A stretch of DNA of 64,000 nucleotides, taken from IMG/VR virus record IMGVR_UViG_3300029798_000001. One strand, given 5' to 3'. Each line of letters opens with the position of its first letter. Within the stretch, counting starts at the first letter, position 1. The position numbers were made by a program, and so were the translations under genes. The stretch comes from a virus (lineage: Duplodnaviria > Caudoviricetes). Shown here in pieces: positions 26,187 through 36,071 of this stretch. The notes under the pieces are model-generated. The model had not been told where the DNA came from, ran no database searches, and saw nothing but the letters and a program-made list of their open reading frames with translations.

Positions 26187-26465
26187 ATGAAAAATTATAA
26201 AGTCAAACGATTAACTCGACAGTACAACGGACATACTCGTTTTAAGTATGTTGTCCAACCTGCGACCTTTGATCTACTCACAACAAGACAGCAACTTGTT
26301 GAATGGCGTGAATGGTGTTGGACAACCTGGGGACCCAGCCGTGAGTTATTATGGTCCATCGCAGGCACTCCTGATGCTGTTTGGTCGTGGGATACCGAAC
26401 ACAATAACCGGCGCATATATCTAAAGACCGATGCTGAATTGGTCTTGTTTGAGCTGAAATTTTAG
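26187..26465 (+). CDS. Paralog-family small protein
   Basis: WREWC...RIYLKTDAELVLFELKF. Confidence 0.6.
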   Translation: MKNYKVKRLTRQYNGHTRFKYVVQPATFDLLTTRQQLVEWREWCWTTWGPSRELLWSIAGTPDAVWSWDTEHNNRRIYLKTDAELVLFELKF

Positions 26466-26557
26466 GTTAGTACGCACTAACATACAGTTCACCATTCGGT
26501 TGACAAAAAATGCCCGATTTGCTATAATAGTAGCATAGTAAAAATTAAGGGCTATCA

Positions 26558-26791
26558 ATGTATCGAAACATTATCACAGAATCGTTTATTGCAGGCAACG
26601 CAGAGCTGTACCAAACCGTAAAAGAATACCCAACACTCCGTATGGTCCCAATCGACCGTGTGGATACTGTTCGATATGGCCTTCGTCAATTGGGCTATAA
26701 TGCTCGCATCCGCTATCGTGGCCCTCATCAGCAGACTCGCGATACACTTAAACAAAATGCTCATGCCTTTACAGTGTACATCCAGGAATGA
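26558..26791 (+). CDS. Hypothetical early protein
   Basis: After early promoter; RIRYRGP. Confidence 0.65.
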   Translation: MYRNIITESFIAGNAELYQTVKEYPTLRMVPIDRVDTVRYGLRQLGYNARIRYRGPHQQTRDTLKQNAHAFTVYIQE

Positions 26792-27633
26792 TTAATTTAT
26801 ATTGCTATTCATACCCGGGTGCAATGAAAAAGTTTGCAGACCAGGGTTACATGTTAGTTAAGATTGGGGATAGCCACAGAGAAGCCGATGTGCGTATCAA
26901 GGAACAGGGCGGCGCTGCCGAATACGAAGCTAAAATTAAAATTAGCGAATGGAACAATTTAACAAAAATTGATCGTGACTATCGTATTCATGAAGTATTA
27001 ACCGAGCGTGGACTTTGGCATAGAGATGGCCAAGGCACAGAATGGTTTAAAATTCCAGCCACAAACGCCGCCGAAGTTCGAGATTATGTTGATCAGTTAA
27101 TTACATACCTTGAAGGTGAGCGTGTACGTCCTCCAGTTAAACTTCGCAGGATCCAGCAACATTCATTAGACCGTGCCATGGATATTATTGCAAACTGTGA
27201 TGATACCGCCAATATTATTGCCAACCTGTGCCCACGCTTTGGTAAAACAATCTGGGCCTTAATGCTGTTTAACCAGGTAACAGAAAAGTATGGTAACAAG
27301 GTAATGTTATTACCGGCATATTGGTTAAGCGTACACTCATCATTTATTGATGAGTTAGATGCATACAAAGACTTTGATGATATTAGATATGTCGACATTG
27401 ATGAACCCAAGGCATATAATTCTGCCCGGACGTATTTAAAAGAAGGTCAGCGCATTATTGTTCCTATCAGTTTACATGGTGATGTCGATGAATGGAAAGC
27501 CAAGCACCAATGGATTGCTAATATCCCCAACAACGAAATCTTTATGTTTGCAGACGAAGGCGATTTTGGTACTCATACTGAGAATCAAGTGGCTAAATTA
27601 CAATTTTTGTTTAATCAAGTAGAGGCAGAATAA
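26788..27633 (+). CDS. T5orf172/GIY-YIG nuclease fused to N-terminal half of SF2 helicase
   Basis: LYCY..VKIG..RI..EWF; Walker A CPRFGKT; motif II FADEGD close to C-terminus. Confidence 0.75.
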   Translation: MINLYCYSYPGAMKKFADQGYMLVKIGDSHREADVRIKEQGGAAEYEAKIKISEWNNLTKIDRDYRIHEVLTERGLWHRDGQGTEWFKIPATNAAEVRDYVDQLITYLEGERVRPPVKLRRIQQHSLDRAMDIIANCDDTANIIANLCPRFGKTIWALMLFNQVTEKYGNKVMLLPAYWLSVHSSFIDELDAYKDFDDIRYVDIDEPKAYNSARTYLKEGQRIIVPISLHGDVDEWKAKHQWIANIPNNEIFMFADEGDFGTHTENQVAKLQFLFNQVEAE

Positions 27634-28997
27634 TGTTTATATCTGTTTATGCCAGCGGCACTAATGTACAGCGCCTGGCCAAGTGTGCTAGAAAGATTGA
27701 TGGCGTGTTATATACCTCATACGCTCAACTTGAAAAAGAAGAGCCCAATATTATCCGTCGTAAATTTTACTGCACCGAGGTTGCTAGTTTAAAATCACAA
27801 GTCGACGCCCTTGATGAAACTGTGCAACCAAGTTGGACTAAGATTTGGGGTAAGCCACAAGGTAACCTGGCCTTTATTGGTCAGTTGTTTGAATCATTAA
27901 CAGGCAAAGATACTCTGCGTACAGAATTAAACTTGGCGGGGTTGGCAGAAGAGCCAGTTGATTGCTTTATGTTATTGGTAAGTGCTAACAAAAAAGAAAT
28001 GGGACAGATTTCTGAGATTGCCAAACGCCATATTCCAGATTGGCATATTAAAGTATTAAATGGCGACTTCACCACAAACAAAGATGCACAATCCGAAACT
28101 ACTCGCGAGCTTAACGAAGCTCGTATTGCCGGCAAAAAGGGTGCAATCGTTATAGCCAACCAAATGGGGTCACGCTCGTATAGTATTTCAGAAATTCAGG
28201 CAACTGTTATTGCCTTTGACCGTGGTAGTGTAGATGCTACCGCACAAAAGGTTAGCCGTTGTTTAACTCCAGGTGAGAAATACGATGGTACCAAAAAAGA
28301 ATTTGGTATAATTGTAGATTTAAGTTTTGATCCTAACCGTGCTGAGAACATTGAACGATTAATTCTCGAAGAAGCAATTCAGGTACAACGTGACGGTAGT
28401 AACGCAGATGATTTTGCTCAGGCGGTAAAGTATGTTTTATCCAGCATTAACTTGTTTAAGATGAAATACGGTACAGCAGTAGAAGTTACTGAAGAAGAAA
28501 TGTTTAAAGTATTCAGTGATAACGAAGCTATGTTGCGTGTAGCTGATGTTAGTGTTGACATCGCCGAAGCATTGGCATCTGGGGTGTTTGATATTCTAGC
28601 AAAGGTTAATGCTGATGGTAAGATAACCAAAGACAAAAAGGATGTACTTGCAGAGAATGTTAAGAACTCAATCCGAGAAGGTGGCGGCATTACAGACAAA
28701 ACAGCCAAGGCTTCTGACATTCGTGCCGCAGAAAAAATTATTAATGATGCAATTCGCGCATTAAACATGAGTGCAACTAGTGTGTATCATCTAGCTAATC
28801 TCGAAGGCGAAAGTTATAGAGATTGTTTGGAAATTATTACAGCAGAGCCATCATTAGATATTGAATTTGCTAGTTTATTTGGTATTACCGCAGGGCAAGT
28901 TATTGAATTACTTGATAATAATGTATTAAACGAAGCTATTCTAGATGTTATTGTACAAAACAGCAAGCCTAAAACGGTTGACCGTTTATTTGCTTAA
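27633..28997 (+). CDS. C-terminal half of SF2 (restriction-type) helicase
   Basis: Begins with motif III YASGT; MGSRSYS and QKVSRCLTP resemble motifs V/VI. Confidence 0.7.
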   Translation: MFISVYASGTNVQRLAKCARKIDGVLYTSYAQLEKEEPNIIRRKFYCTEVASLKSQVDALDETVQPSWTKIWGKPQGNLAFIGQLFESLTGKDTLRTELNLAGLAEEPVDCFMLLVSANKKEMGQISEIAKRHIPDWHIKVLNGDFTTNKDAQSETTRELNEARIAGKKGAIVIANQMGSRSYSISEIQATVIAFDRGSVDATAQKVSRCLTPGEKYDGTKKEFGIIVDLSFDPNRAENIERLILEEAIQVQRDGSNADDFAQAVKYVLSSINLFKMKYGTAVEVTEEEMFKVFSDNEAMLRVADVSVDIAEALASGVFDILAKVNADGKITKDKKDVLAENVKNSIREGGGITDKTAKASDIRAAEKIINDAIRALNMSATSVYHLANLEGESYRDCLEIITAEPSLDIEFASLFGITAGQVIELLDNNVLNEAILDVIVQNSKPKTVDRLFA

Positions 28998-29035
28998 TGT
29001 TATAATCGTAGTATAATAATACCTTAGGTAGAGCT

Positions 29036-30208
29036 ATGAAATTTGCAACAGATTTAAGTAAAGGTATTTTGGGTAGTGCAGATAGTGCAGAACTATGGAC
29101 CTCTAGTATCGCACAGATTCCTGACGATGTACTTACAAAACCTAAGGTTCGTATTTTGGTTTTGGCATGTGGACACGGAACCGAAGCAGTAATTATTGCC
29201 CAGAGGATGTTAGCCCTTGGCGTTAGTAAAGTACAGGTTAACCAAGCAATTTGGTTAATCGATAAGTATCGTGTATTTACAAACCACGCTAAATTAGTGT
29301 ACGGGTTTAAGAATGTAATCACCGAAGATTATTTGAATTGGAAATCGAATATGAAATTTAATGTTATTGTGGGTAACCCACCGTTTCAAGATAGTGACAG
29401 CGGCAACGAAAAGTCGAATCTCTATGTAGAATTTGCTAGAAAATCCATAGAGCAACATCTTGCTGATGATGGGCATATTATTTTTTTAACTCCGAAGACA
29501 ATGTTAAGAAAGACCAAACGATATTTTTCGTTAGTAGGGCAACCGGGTTTAAAATCCGTAGACTTTACTGCTAATGAATATTTTAATGTTGGTGTTGACA
29601 TTGTAGCATGGCATTTGCAAAAAGATAAGAATTTTAGTCAGGTAACAGTTACTAATAAAGATAGAACTGTTACCACAATTCCGGCCGGCGAGGAAATTGC
29701 TGATGCAGAAGAATTGTGGTTATACCGTTTAGTTGAGAATATGAAAAATACTCCTGACAAAGCATTTAGCTACAACAATATTGGCCCTCAGCGATCTACT
29801 ACTAAAACTAAAGAGTATTGTTATAAGTTAAAGCAAAATCTTGCCAAAAAGTCTGTAGTGTATTCTAAACGCGAGCCATACTTTTATGGTAAAAAGAAAC
29901 TATTAGTATCAATCTCTTTAGGGTATAATCAAGATAATATTGTTGTAGATACCTCAGATTATGCAGAAGCGTATGTATGTATGGATTTGACTGGAGCAAC
30001 ACCAGCACAGTATGATAACATAATGAGTTTTTTGTTTAATGAGTTATTTGTTGCATTAGTGGCAAAATATAGACTTATTTACAAAACTGGTTTTGCTAAT
30101 ATTTTAGTTTATCTACCTAAGTTTGATATTAATAAGTCATATTCTACTAAAGACATCAAGAAGTTTTTTAAGTTAACCAATGCTGAGGTGAAAAAGCTAT
30201 ATGCTTAG
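29036..30208 (+). CDS. Eco57I-like amino-methyltransferase (gamma class)
   Basis: VIVGNPPF, LYVEF, FLTP; motif I degenerate (ILVLACGHG); own promoter at 28978. Confidence 0.8.
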   Translation: MKFATDLSKGILGSADSAELWTSSIAQIPDDVLTKPKVRILVLACGHGTEAVIIAQRMLALGVSKVQVNQAIWLIDKYRVFTNHAKLVYGFKNVITEDYLNWKSNMKFNVIVGNPPFQDSDSGNEKSNLYVEFARKSIEQHLADDGHIIFLTPKTMLRKTKRYFSLVGQPGLKSVDFTANEYFNVGVDIVAWHLQKDKNFSQVTVTNKDRTVTTIPAGEEIADAEELWLYRLVENMKNTPDKAFSYNNIGPQRSTTKTKEYCYKLKQNLAKKSVVYSKREPYFYGKKKLLVSISLGYNQDNIVVDTSDYAEAYVCMDLTGATPAQYDNIMSFLFNELFVALVAKYRLIYKTGFANILVYLPKFDINKSYSTKDIKKFFKLTNAEVKKLYA

Positions 30209-30647
30209 ACAGTATGTTAAACATCTCCGCGATCGCGAATACATGTCCGGAGTGGAGCGTGATCAACTACGAATAAAAGCTACAGGCGAGGTGTTTACAC
30301 CTACTCCACTTGTACAAGAAATATTAGATCAACTGAGTTGTGCTGAATTTCAAGACTCAACAAAAACATTTTTAGATCCTGCGTGTGGCGATGGTCAATT
30401 CCTTAGCGAAGTACTAATTCGTAAGTTAGAAAATGGTATAGATTTTGAAACTGCACTATCAACAATCTATGGCGTAGATCTTATGCCCGACAACGTTAAG
30501 TTATGCCAAGATCGTTTACTATGCGGACAAGAACACTTACGCCATATTGTAGAAAAGAACATAGTAGAAGCAGATGGATTAGAATACAAATATCTGTTCG
30601 GCGAACCCGAAACCTTTGGTCTTGGATTGTTTACCGTAATGGATTGA
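30201..30647 (+). CDS. Short N6-methyltransferase SAM-binding subunit lacking motif IV
   Basis: GEVFTP, FLDPACGDGQFL, IYGVDL, ADGL; ends before NPP(Y/F). Confidence 0.75.
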   Translation: MLRQYVKHLRDREYMSGVERDQLRIKATGEVFTPTPLVQEILDQLSCAEFQDSTKTFLDPACGDGQFLSEVLIRKLENGIDFETALSTIYGVDLMPDNVKLCQDRLLCGQEHLRHIVEKNIVEADGLEYKYLFGEPETFGLGLFTVMD

Positions 30648-30748
30648 CATTTAACTAATTTCACTGTATTATTAACAAATAGCTTATCGTGTATAGGCTC
30701 AATACGCTACTTCGGTAGCACAATACTCGTCACTTAACAGGAGGCATT

Positions 30749-31942
30749 ATGCCAAGTACTACAGCAGTACCTGTACAACCTCGTACAGTTAATCGCGGCT
30801 CCAATCCGTTTGCCGCAATCGCCAAGCAACAAAACGCCGCACTCACTCCAACTACCCCAACCTCTGTTTACGAAAAGTTACAGGTCCGTGGTGATCGTGT
30901 TTTTAAAGATAGTCGCATCCAACAAGCACTAGCAGATTTAAAAACTCGCCTAGGTGGTAAAACCTACAATCAATCACACTTCGGCGAACTTGTATTAGTT
31001 CGCTATGGTGACATGGATATAAACATCGACATCCAACGTGATGAAGACATTGTTCATATTGCCGAAACTATTATCCCAAGATATGATCCACGCATCGCAA
31101 TGACAGTGATGTGTACCCGTCTTAAAAACGGCCGTTACTCTGCTTGGGAAGGCCAACAAACTAGTTTGACTTTTTATGTATTACAAAAGGCTGGACTTAT
31201 TGATGCCGAAACGCTAATACAAGTCAAAGCATTTGATGAAGACTTAGATGTACCGGGCACTACACTCAAAGGTGAAGCAGTTGGTAACCTAGGTTTTCGG
31301 ATTATCAATGGTGGTGGACGTAAAGGTGTAGATGCTTACCACGTACATCGTAGTCGCGTTAGTGGTGTTCGCATTTACAATTCTGTATTCCGAGAAGATT
31401 TGCAAAGCAACGAAATTCAGGGCATTCTTGAAGCTAACAATATGTTCCCGGCAAAGACCAGTGCGGCACAGCGTAATCAAGCCACCCCTGGCATGGTCAC
31501 ATACATTCATGGGTTAAACTTGATTGCCGGACACGACACCGAAGATAAACTATTTGATGTGTCTAAGAAAGATTTAGAGTGGGCACTACAATGGCATAAA
31601 AAGTACTATCCAAATGAAAAAGGTGTAGATGGTGGTTTCATTCTTGCATTTGGTCGACTAGCATCAGCGGCACGCCAAAGTAAACCAGCTATTGTATTAG
31701 ATGCCACTATAGAACAGGACTTGTACCAGCTGTTCCGTGCTAATTACGGAAGTCCAAAAGGATTCCACAAAGATTGTAAGGATCGATTGAAACAGTTTCA
31801 ACTAGCCAACAATCTTGCCGAATCATGGAGTGACGGTTGCTTAACACCAATCTTGGTATTGGACTATTATAATCCAAATGGGTTTAACGGTAAGTTAGCA
31901 TTACCACAAGTACACGGAATGACGACTTATGCAGGAATCTAA
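30749..31942 (+). CDS. ParB/Srx-superfamily (DGQHR-like) protein
   Basis: IDIQRD...YDPRI...WEGQQT; own promoter and structured leader. Confidence 0.55.
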   Translation: MPSTTAVPVQPRTVNRGSNPFAAIAKQQNAALTPTTPTSVYEKLQVRGDRVFKDSRIQQALADLKTRLGGKTYNQSHFGELVLVRYGDMDINIDIQRDEDIVHIAETIIPRYDPRIAMTVMCTRLKNGRYSAWEGQQTSLTFYVLQKAGLIDAETLIQVKAFDEDLDVPGTTLKGEAVGNLGFRIINGGGRKGVDAYHVHRSRVSGVRIYNSVFREDLQSNEIQGILEANNMFPAKTSAAQRNQATPGMVTYIHGLNLIAGHDTEDKLFDVSKKDLEWALQWHKKYYPNEKGVDGGFILAFGRLASAARQSKPAIVLDATIEQDLYQLFRANYGSPKGFHKDCKDRLKQFQLANNLAESWSDGCLTPILVLDYYNPNGFNGKLALPQVHGMTTYAGI

Positions 31943-32297
31943 ACCATACTACTTGTACCTGTGGAGACACAGGTACGTGGATCCAGACTCCAACGAGATT
32001 GTTGAACGTACTTGCTTTGGTATTACCGGTAACCCAACACGCCGTATTCAAGGATATGAAGGGCACGTAGGGCACCGAGTAAAGTTTAGTGCTCTATGGA
32101 CTGGCCCCGAAAGACTAATCCGTGAACTTGAATCACAAATCAAAGACCATAGTGAGGGTTTTAGATTCGTTGGCACTGGTAATTTTAAATACGAGTGGAT
32201 TACTGAGCAAGTACCGTATGACCAATTTTATGATTGGGTTGATCTTACTTTAACTAAGAGTGTCGATGGTGTTACTAAAATTGAAGGAGTATTATGA
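31929..32297 (+). CDS. GIY-YIG-like small nuclease
   Basis: YYLYL...FGIT...RRIQGY...LESQIK. Confidence 0.5.
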   Translation: MQESKPYYLYLWRHRYVDPDSNEIVERTCFGITGNPTRRIQGYEGHVGHRVKFSALWTGPERLIRELESQIKDHSEGFRFVGTGNFKYEWITEQVPYDQFYDWVDLTLTKSVDGVTKIEGVL

Positions 32298-32863
32298 TGC
32301 AACATATTTTATCACAACAACCACAGTATATATTGTCTCTTAAAAACTACGCCGAGCCGATTGAAGTAAGCCATGCTATTAAAAATTTAAAAATAACTCG
32401 TATGATCTATGGATTTATTCATAACTATGTTGAAAATAATCAAGCAGCAACTGATGTTTTTAAATATGGGCAAGGTGCAGATTACGAATGGCAACGTGGC
32501 TGTTGGGGGGCAAGAATTTATCGTCAAGCTGGGAATATTCCAGGATGGACCAATATGCTCTACGGTCCCAACGGTAAAGAGATGCGGGTTATAACAGACG
32601 ACTATATTAACGCCACTGGTCGCATAGTACACAAAAATGATGTGACCATTTTAGTATATGATTTTACTAATTTTGTATTTCCAACTGAATCTCAATTTAA
32701 AAGATATTTAGAAAAAGTTGAGAATTATTTAATTGAAGATTATAGAAACACTTATCACAAGAATCCAATTGGTAACATTAAAGATGAAGCTCACGCTAAA
32801 AATTCTTCTTCTGTGACTGATGCTCAATTTAATACATTATTTGATGCTAGCCCAATACTATAA
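32294..32863 (+). CDS. GIY-YIG-like nuclease
   Basis: IYGF...FKYGQG...RIYRQ...VENYLI...PIGN. Confidence 0.45.
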   Translation: MMQHILSQQPQYILSLKNYAEPIEVSHAIKNLKITRMIYGFIHNYVENNQAATDVFKYGQGADYEWQRGCWGARIYRQAGNIPGWTNMLYGPNGKEMRVITDDYINATGRIVHKNDVTILVYDFTNFVFPTESQFKRYLEKVENYLIEDYRNTYHKNPIGNIKDEAHAKNSSSVTDAQFNTLFDASPIL

Positions 32864-33989
32864 CCAGTTATGTCAAGAGTGGGGTTACACCCCCACCGCT
32901 GACGTATGCACGGGCTATGAAAGTGTAATGCCCAGACTTCGAGCATTGGGCAAAGACACGTGGACCCGAGCCGACGATGTTGGCAAGCAAGCAATACAAG
33001 ATGAAGTGTTTGACATCTATCGTAGTATCAACATAGTCCCGATTACCTATTATAGTTTAGATGGATGTCGTCAGCAGGTCAACGAACTAGCAACAAAGAC
33101 TAAGTCAGTTAAGAATCATCAACTCGGTGTAGGCAACAACGAAGGATTAGCGTTTGGTCGCTTCTGGTTTCCTAATATGCAAACGGCTAAATGGCTTAAC
33201 AACGATACAGTTAGTATCCGTGCCCGCTTCAACCACGACAACAAACTCAAGCGGGCTATTAAGTTAGCCTATGTCCACCGTGACGAAGGCGCGGATACAG
33301 TTATACCCAAGAACATACGCCGTGCATTAGAACTAGTCAACGGTGGTACAATACAAAACTTTAAACCAATGAATGCCCGGGCTGTATGGGAACACATCTG
33401 CCCTGTGTTCCGTGGCCGTGTTCTAGACTTTAGTTCGGGCTATGGTGGTCGTATGCTAGGCGCCATGACCAGTAATCTACGCTATCACTACACAGGTATA
33501 GACCCTAATACAAGAACATTCCAAGGACTAGAAGCACTAGGTCAACTACTCGACGAACAAAACATCGGCAGTGGTTATGCAATGAACTGTATGCCAAGTG
33601 AGGAGTTTGACCCAGAACCTGGATTCTACGATGCGGCATTCTCAAGTCCGCCCTACTTCAATCTAGAAACATACACCGACGAGCCGACCCAGTGTATGAA
33701 TCGCTATACCACGCTATCTGCATGGTTTGATGGCTATGTCGCACCAACCTTACAAATGGTACATCGGGCATTAGCCGATGATGGAATATATGCTGTAAAC
33801 ATTGCAGACTACAAGAACGGTAAAGAACAGTTTGCTATTGTGGATCAATGGAAAGAATTAAGTAAACAAGTAGGATTTGAATATCAAGAAACAGTGGATA
33901 TGATCCTTAATGTCCGACCGGGTGTAGGTAATAATAAGTTAGAAAAAGCATACAAATCCGAGGGTATTTACATCTTTAGAAAAACTTAA
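32844..33989 (+). CDS. DNA amino-methyltransferase (SPPY type)
   Basis: VLDFSSGYGGRMLG, YTGIDPN, AFSSPPYFNLETY. Confidence 0.8.
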   Translation: MLAQYYNQLCQEWGYTPTADVCTGYESVMPRLRALGKDTWTRADDVGKQAIQDEVFDIYRSINIVPITYYSLDGCRQQVNELATKTKSVKNHQLGVGNNEGLAFGRFWFPNMQTAKWLNNDTVSIRARFNHDNKLKRAIKLAYVHRDEGADTVIPKNIRRALELVNGGTIQNFKPMNARAVWEHICPVFRGRVLDFSSGYGGRMLGAMTSNLRYHYTGIDPNTRTFQGLEALGQLLDEQNIGSGYAMNCMPSEEFDPEPGFYDAAFSSPPYFNLETYTDEPTQCMNRYTTLSAWFDGYVAPTLQMVHRALADDGIYAVNIADYKNGKEQFAIVDQWKELSKQVGFEYQETVDMILNVRPGVGNNKLEKAYKSEGIYIFRKT

Positions 33990-33990
33990 T

Positions 33991-34085
33991 CTGTAGTCTA
34001 AAAACAACACTTTTTAACCCCCTTAAATGGGGGTTTTTTACGGGGTTACCAAAAGGTTGACCATAAATGTCCGATTTGCTATAAT
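33991..34085 (+). repeat. Terminator-promoter cassette, copy 2
   Basis: Same 18-mer, AACCCCC-TTAAAT-GGGGGTT hairpin, TTGACC-N17-TATAAT. Confidence 0.7.
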
Positions 34086-34115
34086 ATATGTATAGTGAAA
34101 ATAAAGGAGCAAAAG

Positions 34116-34388
34116 ATGTCAAAACTTACAGCATACACAGTAGAAATTTATAAAGCTGATCGCCGTATTAAAGCGGGTCAGAGATTGATTGAGAAGCGTG
34201 ATTTTTGCCCAGTTACCCGTGATTACATCCAAACAGTGGTATCGGACAAGATTGCACAGGGTTTTATTGTTGAGTTACACGAAACCTTTGTTACCAAAAC
34301 GAATCTAATGGGTGGCAAGGAGTTCACCGAGCGGTATGATACTCCTTACTTCTGCTCGCCTGCTAGTGAGAGCTACTGGTCGGCATAA
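34116..34388 (+). CDS. Hypothetical early protein
   Basis: AAGGAG SD; TPYFCSPASESYWS. Confidence 0.7.
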   Translation: MSKLTAYTVEIYKADRRIKAGQRLIEKRDFCPVTRDYIQTVVSDKIAQGFIVELHETFVTKTNLMGGKEFTERYDTPYFCSPASESYWSA

Positions 34389-34471
34389 GTTAACGGGCAC
34401 TAACCTGCCCGGTTGACCAGAAATTACCGAAATGTTATAATAGTTGTATAGTTAAACAAAAGGAGTTAGAA

Positions 34472-34627
34472 ATGAGCAAAAAACACTTTGTAGCAATGGC
34501 TAAAGAGATTAGTTCGATGCCTAACAAGGCCCAGGCTTTAGCCACAGCAATTGCATTTTGTCGGGTTGCACAAACGGCCAATCCAAGATTTGACCAAGCC
34601 CGTTTCCTTGAAGCCTGTGGAGTTTAA
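34472..34627 (+). CDS. 51-aa small phage protein (not in track)
   Basis: AGGAG SD; MSKKHFVAMAK...NPRFDQARFLEACGV. Confidence 0.7.
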   Translation: MSKKHFVAMAKEISSMPNKAQALATAIAFCRVAQTANPRFDQARFLEACGV

Positions 34628-34628
34628 T

Positions 34629-34946
34629 ATGATAAGTCAAATTGTTAATCAAGCATTTACAGCCGCAAGACAAGCCGAGGCTAATTATCTTGCCCAACAC
34701 GGTGAGCCTGGTTACTGCGGATTTTCGTGGGTCGAAGTGTATGTTGACCGCACCAACTCTAAACAAGCCAAAGAATTATTGGCCAATGGGTTTAAGAAAG
34801 ATTACAAACCAAAATGTTTGACCGTTTGGAATCCAGGTGGTAGCCATACTCAGTCAATGGATATCAAAGAAGCTGGTGCCCAGGCCTTTGCTGAAGTGCT
34901 ACAAAAGGCAGGCTTGAAGGCCTACGCTTGTTCAAGGGCTGACTAA
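34629..34946 (+). CDS. Hypothetical phage protein
   Basis: GYCGFSWV...QSMDIKEAGAQAFA. Confidence 0.7.
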   Translation: MISQIVNQAFTAARQAEANYLAQHGEPGYCGFSWVEVYVDRTNSKQAKELLANGFKKDYKPKCLTVWNPGGSHTQSMDIKEAGAQAFAEVLQKAGLKAYACSRAD

Positions 34947-34947
34947 T

Positions 34948-35163
34948 ATGGACTATGCTATGTTTACGCAAGAAGGTAATCGTTTGGTAGACCGTGTAGT
35001 TAACGAAGCTCGGGTACAGGGGTGGGATTGGCCTAAAACATACAGGCACCTGCAACTCCTATCAAAAGCCCATCCTAAGACCGCAGGGGAAGCCACAGAT
35101 ACCGCAGTCCGAGAGGTAGTATATACAACCTTGAAGTTTGAAACTAGTTTTTACGGAGCTTAA
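34948..35163 (+). CDS. Hypothetical protein
   Basis: YAMFTQEGN...EATDTAVRE. Confidence 0.6.
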   Translation: MDYAMFTQEGNRLVDRVVNEARVQGWDWPKTYRHLQLLSKAHPKTAGEATDTAVREVVYTTLKFETSFYGA

Positions 35164-35820
35164 TTGAAAAAGAACCATGACACGATTGATGCTATAGACG
35201 CAGACCTACTTTGGTCAGCGGCTTGCACAGCGTATCGATTGAACAACGGTTACCTTAAGGTTCCAGAGACCATTGGTGACCAAGTTATTCGACCTACCAA
35301 CCGCGAGATTGTTAAGATTGCATTATATGATCATTCGTTGATTACTGATGCGGACCGTGATATGGCCCAACAATGTCGCCGGTATATGGCTACCGCGGTA
35401 ACTATGCAAGCTCTCAAGACCGAACTTGGTGAGTGGTCAAAGATTACGGCCAAGGTCTGTGGGTTAGAAACTATCAACAGCAATTACGACTTTTCAGTAA
35501 TTACAGCCATGCCACACAGTTATATCAAGCAACTGAAAAAAGAATCAGTAGACGCTCGTCTGGCTCGTTGTAACCAGGGTATAGTTGGTAAGGTTGGTGA
35601 TAAGATTGAGTTGGCGGTAGAGATTGTTCGCAATAACTATAGCGCCAAATTTAATACATGGTTTATAAGTGCTATTACTAAAGACAACTGCGCGGTGTTC
35701 TTTGCTTATCGCGAAAGTCTTGACCCAGAAACTCATGTAACTATTCGTAGCACAATCAAACGACACACCGATTCTGCGACTCAACTCAACCGTGTCAAAA
35801 TTGTAGGAGAACTAGCATGA
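35164..35820 (+). CDS. Hypothetical protein with possible C-terminal OB fold
   Basis: VGKVGDKIELAVEI...TQLNRVK. Confidence 0.6.
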   Translation: MKKNHDTIDAIDADLLWSAACTAYRLNNGYLKVPETIGDQVIRPTNREIVKIALYDHSLITDADRDMAQQCRRYMATAVTMQALKTELGEWSKITAKVCGLETINSNYDFSVITAMPHSYIKQLKKESVDARLARCNQGIVGKVGDKIELAVEIVRNNYSAKFNTWFISAITKDNCAVFFAYRESLDPETHVTIRSTIKRHTDSATQLNRVKIVGELA

Positions 35821-35945
35821 AAGGTTTTATTTTAGGTACAGTGTTTGGTATTATGGTTTGCACCGTTGGTTTTTCGGGCATCGCTCGAATTTTTGACAAT
35901 GGGTTAACCAAAGTCCAAGATGTATCCAAAGAATACGCCAAATAA
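35817..35945 (+). CDS. 42-aa membrane peptide (not in track)
   Basis: GGAG SD, ATGA overlap, hydrophobic N-terminus. Confidence 0.5.
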   Translation: MKGFILGTVFGIMVCTVGFSGIARIFDNGLTKVQDVSKEYAK

Positions 35946-36071
35946 GACCCTTTTGGCAAACCAGATATAGTAATTATGGTTGACTTTAATTCTGAATTCA
36001 AGTATAATTGTTATTGTAGTGAGTAGTAGCAGTTTAAATCAACTTTAATAGGCAACTTAGAAAGGCATCAC

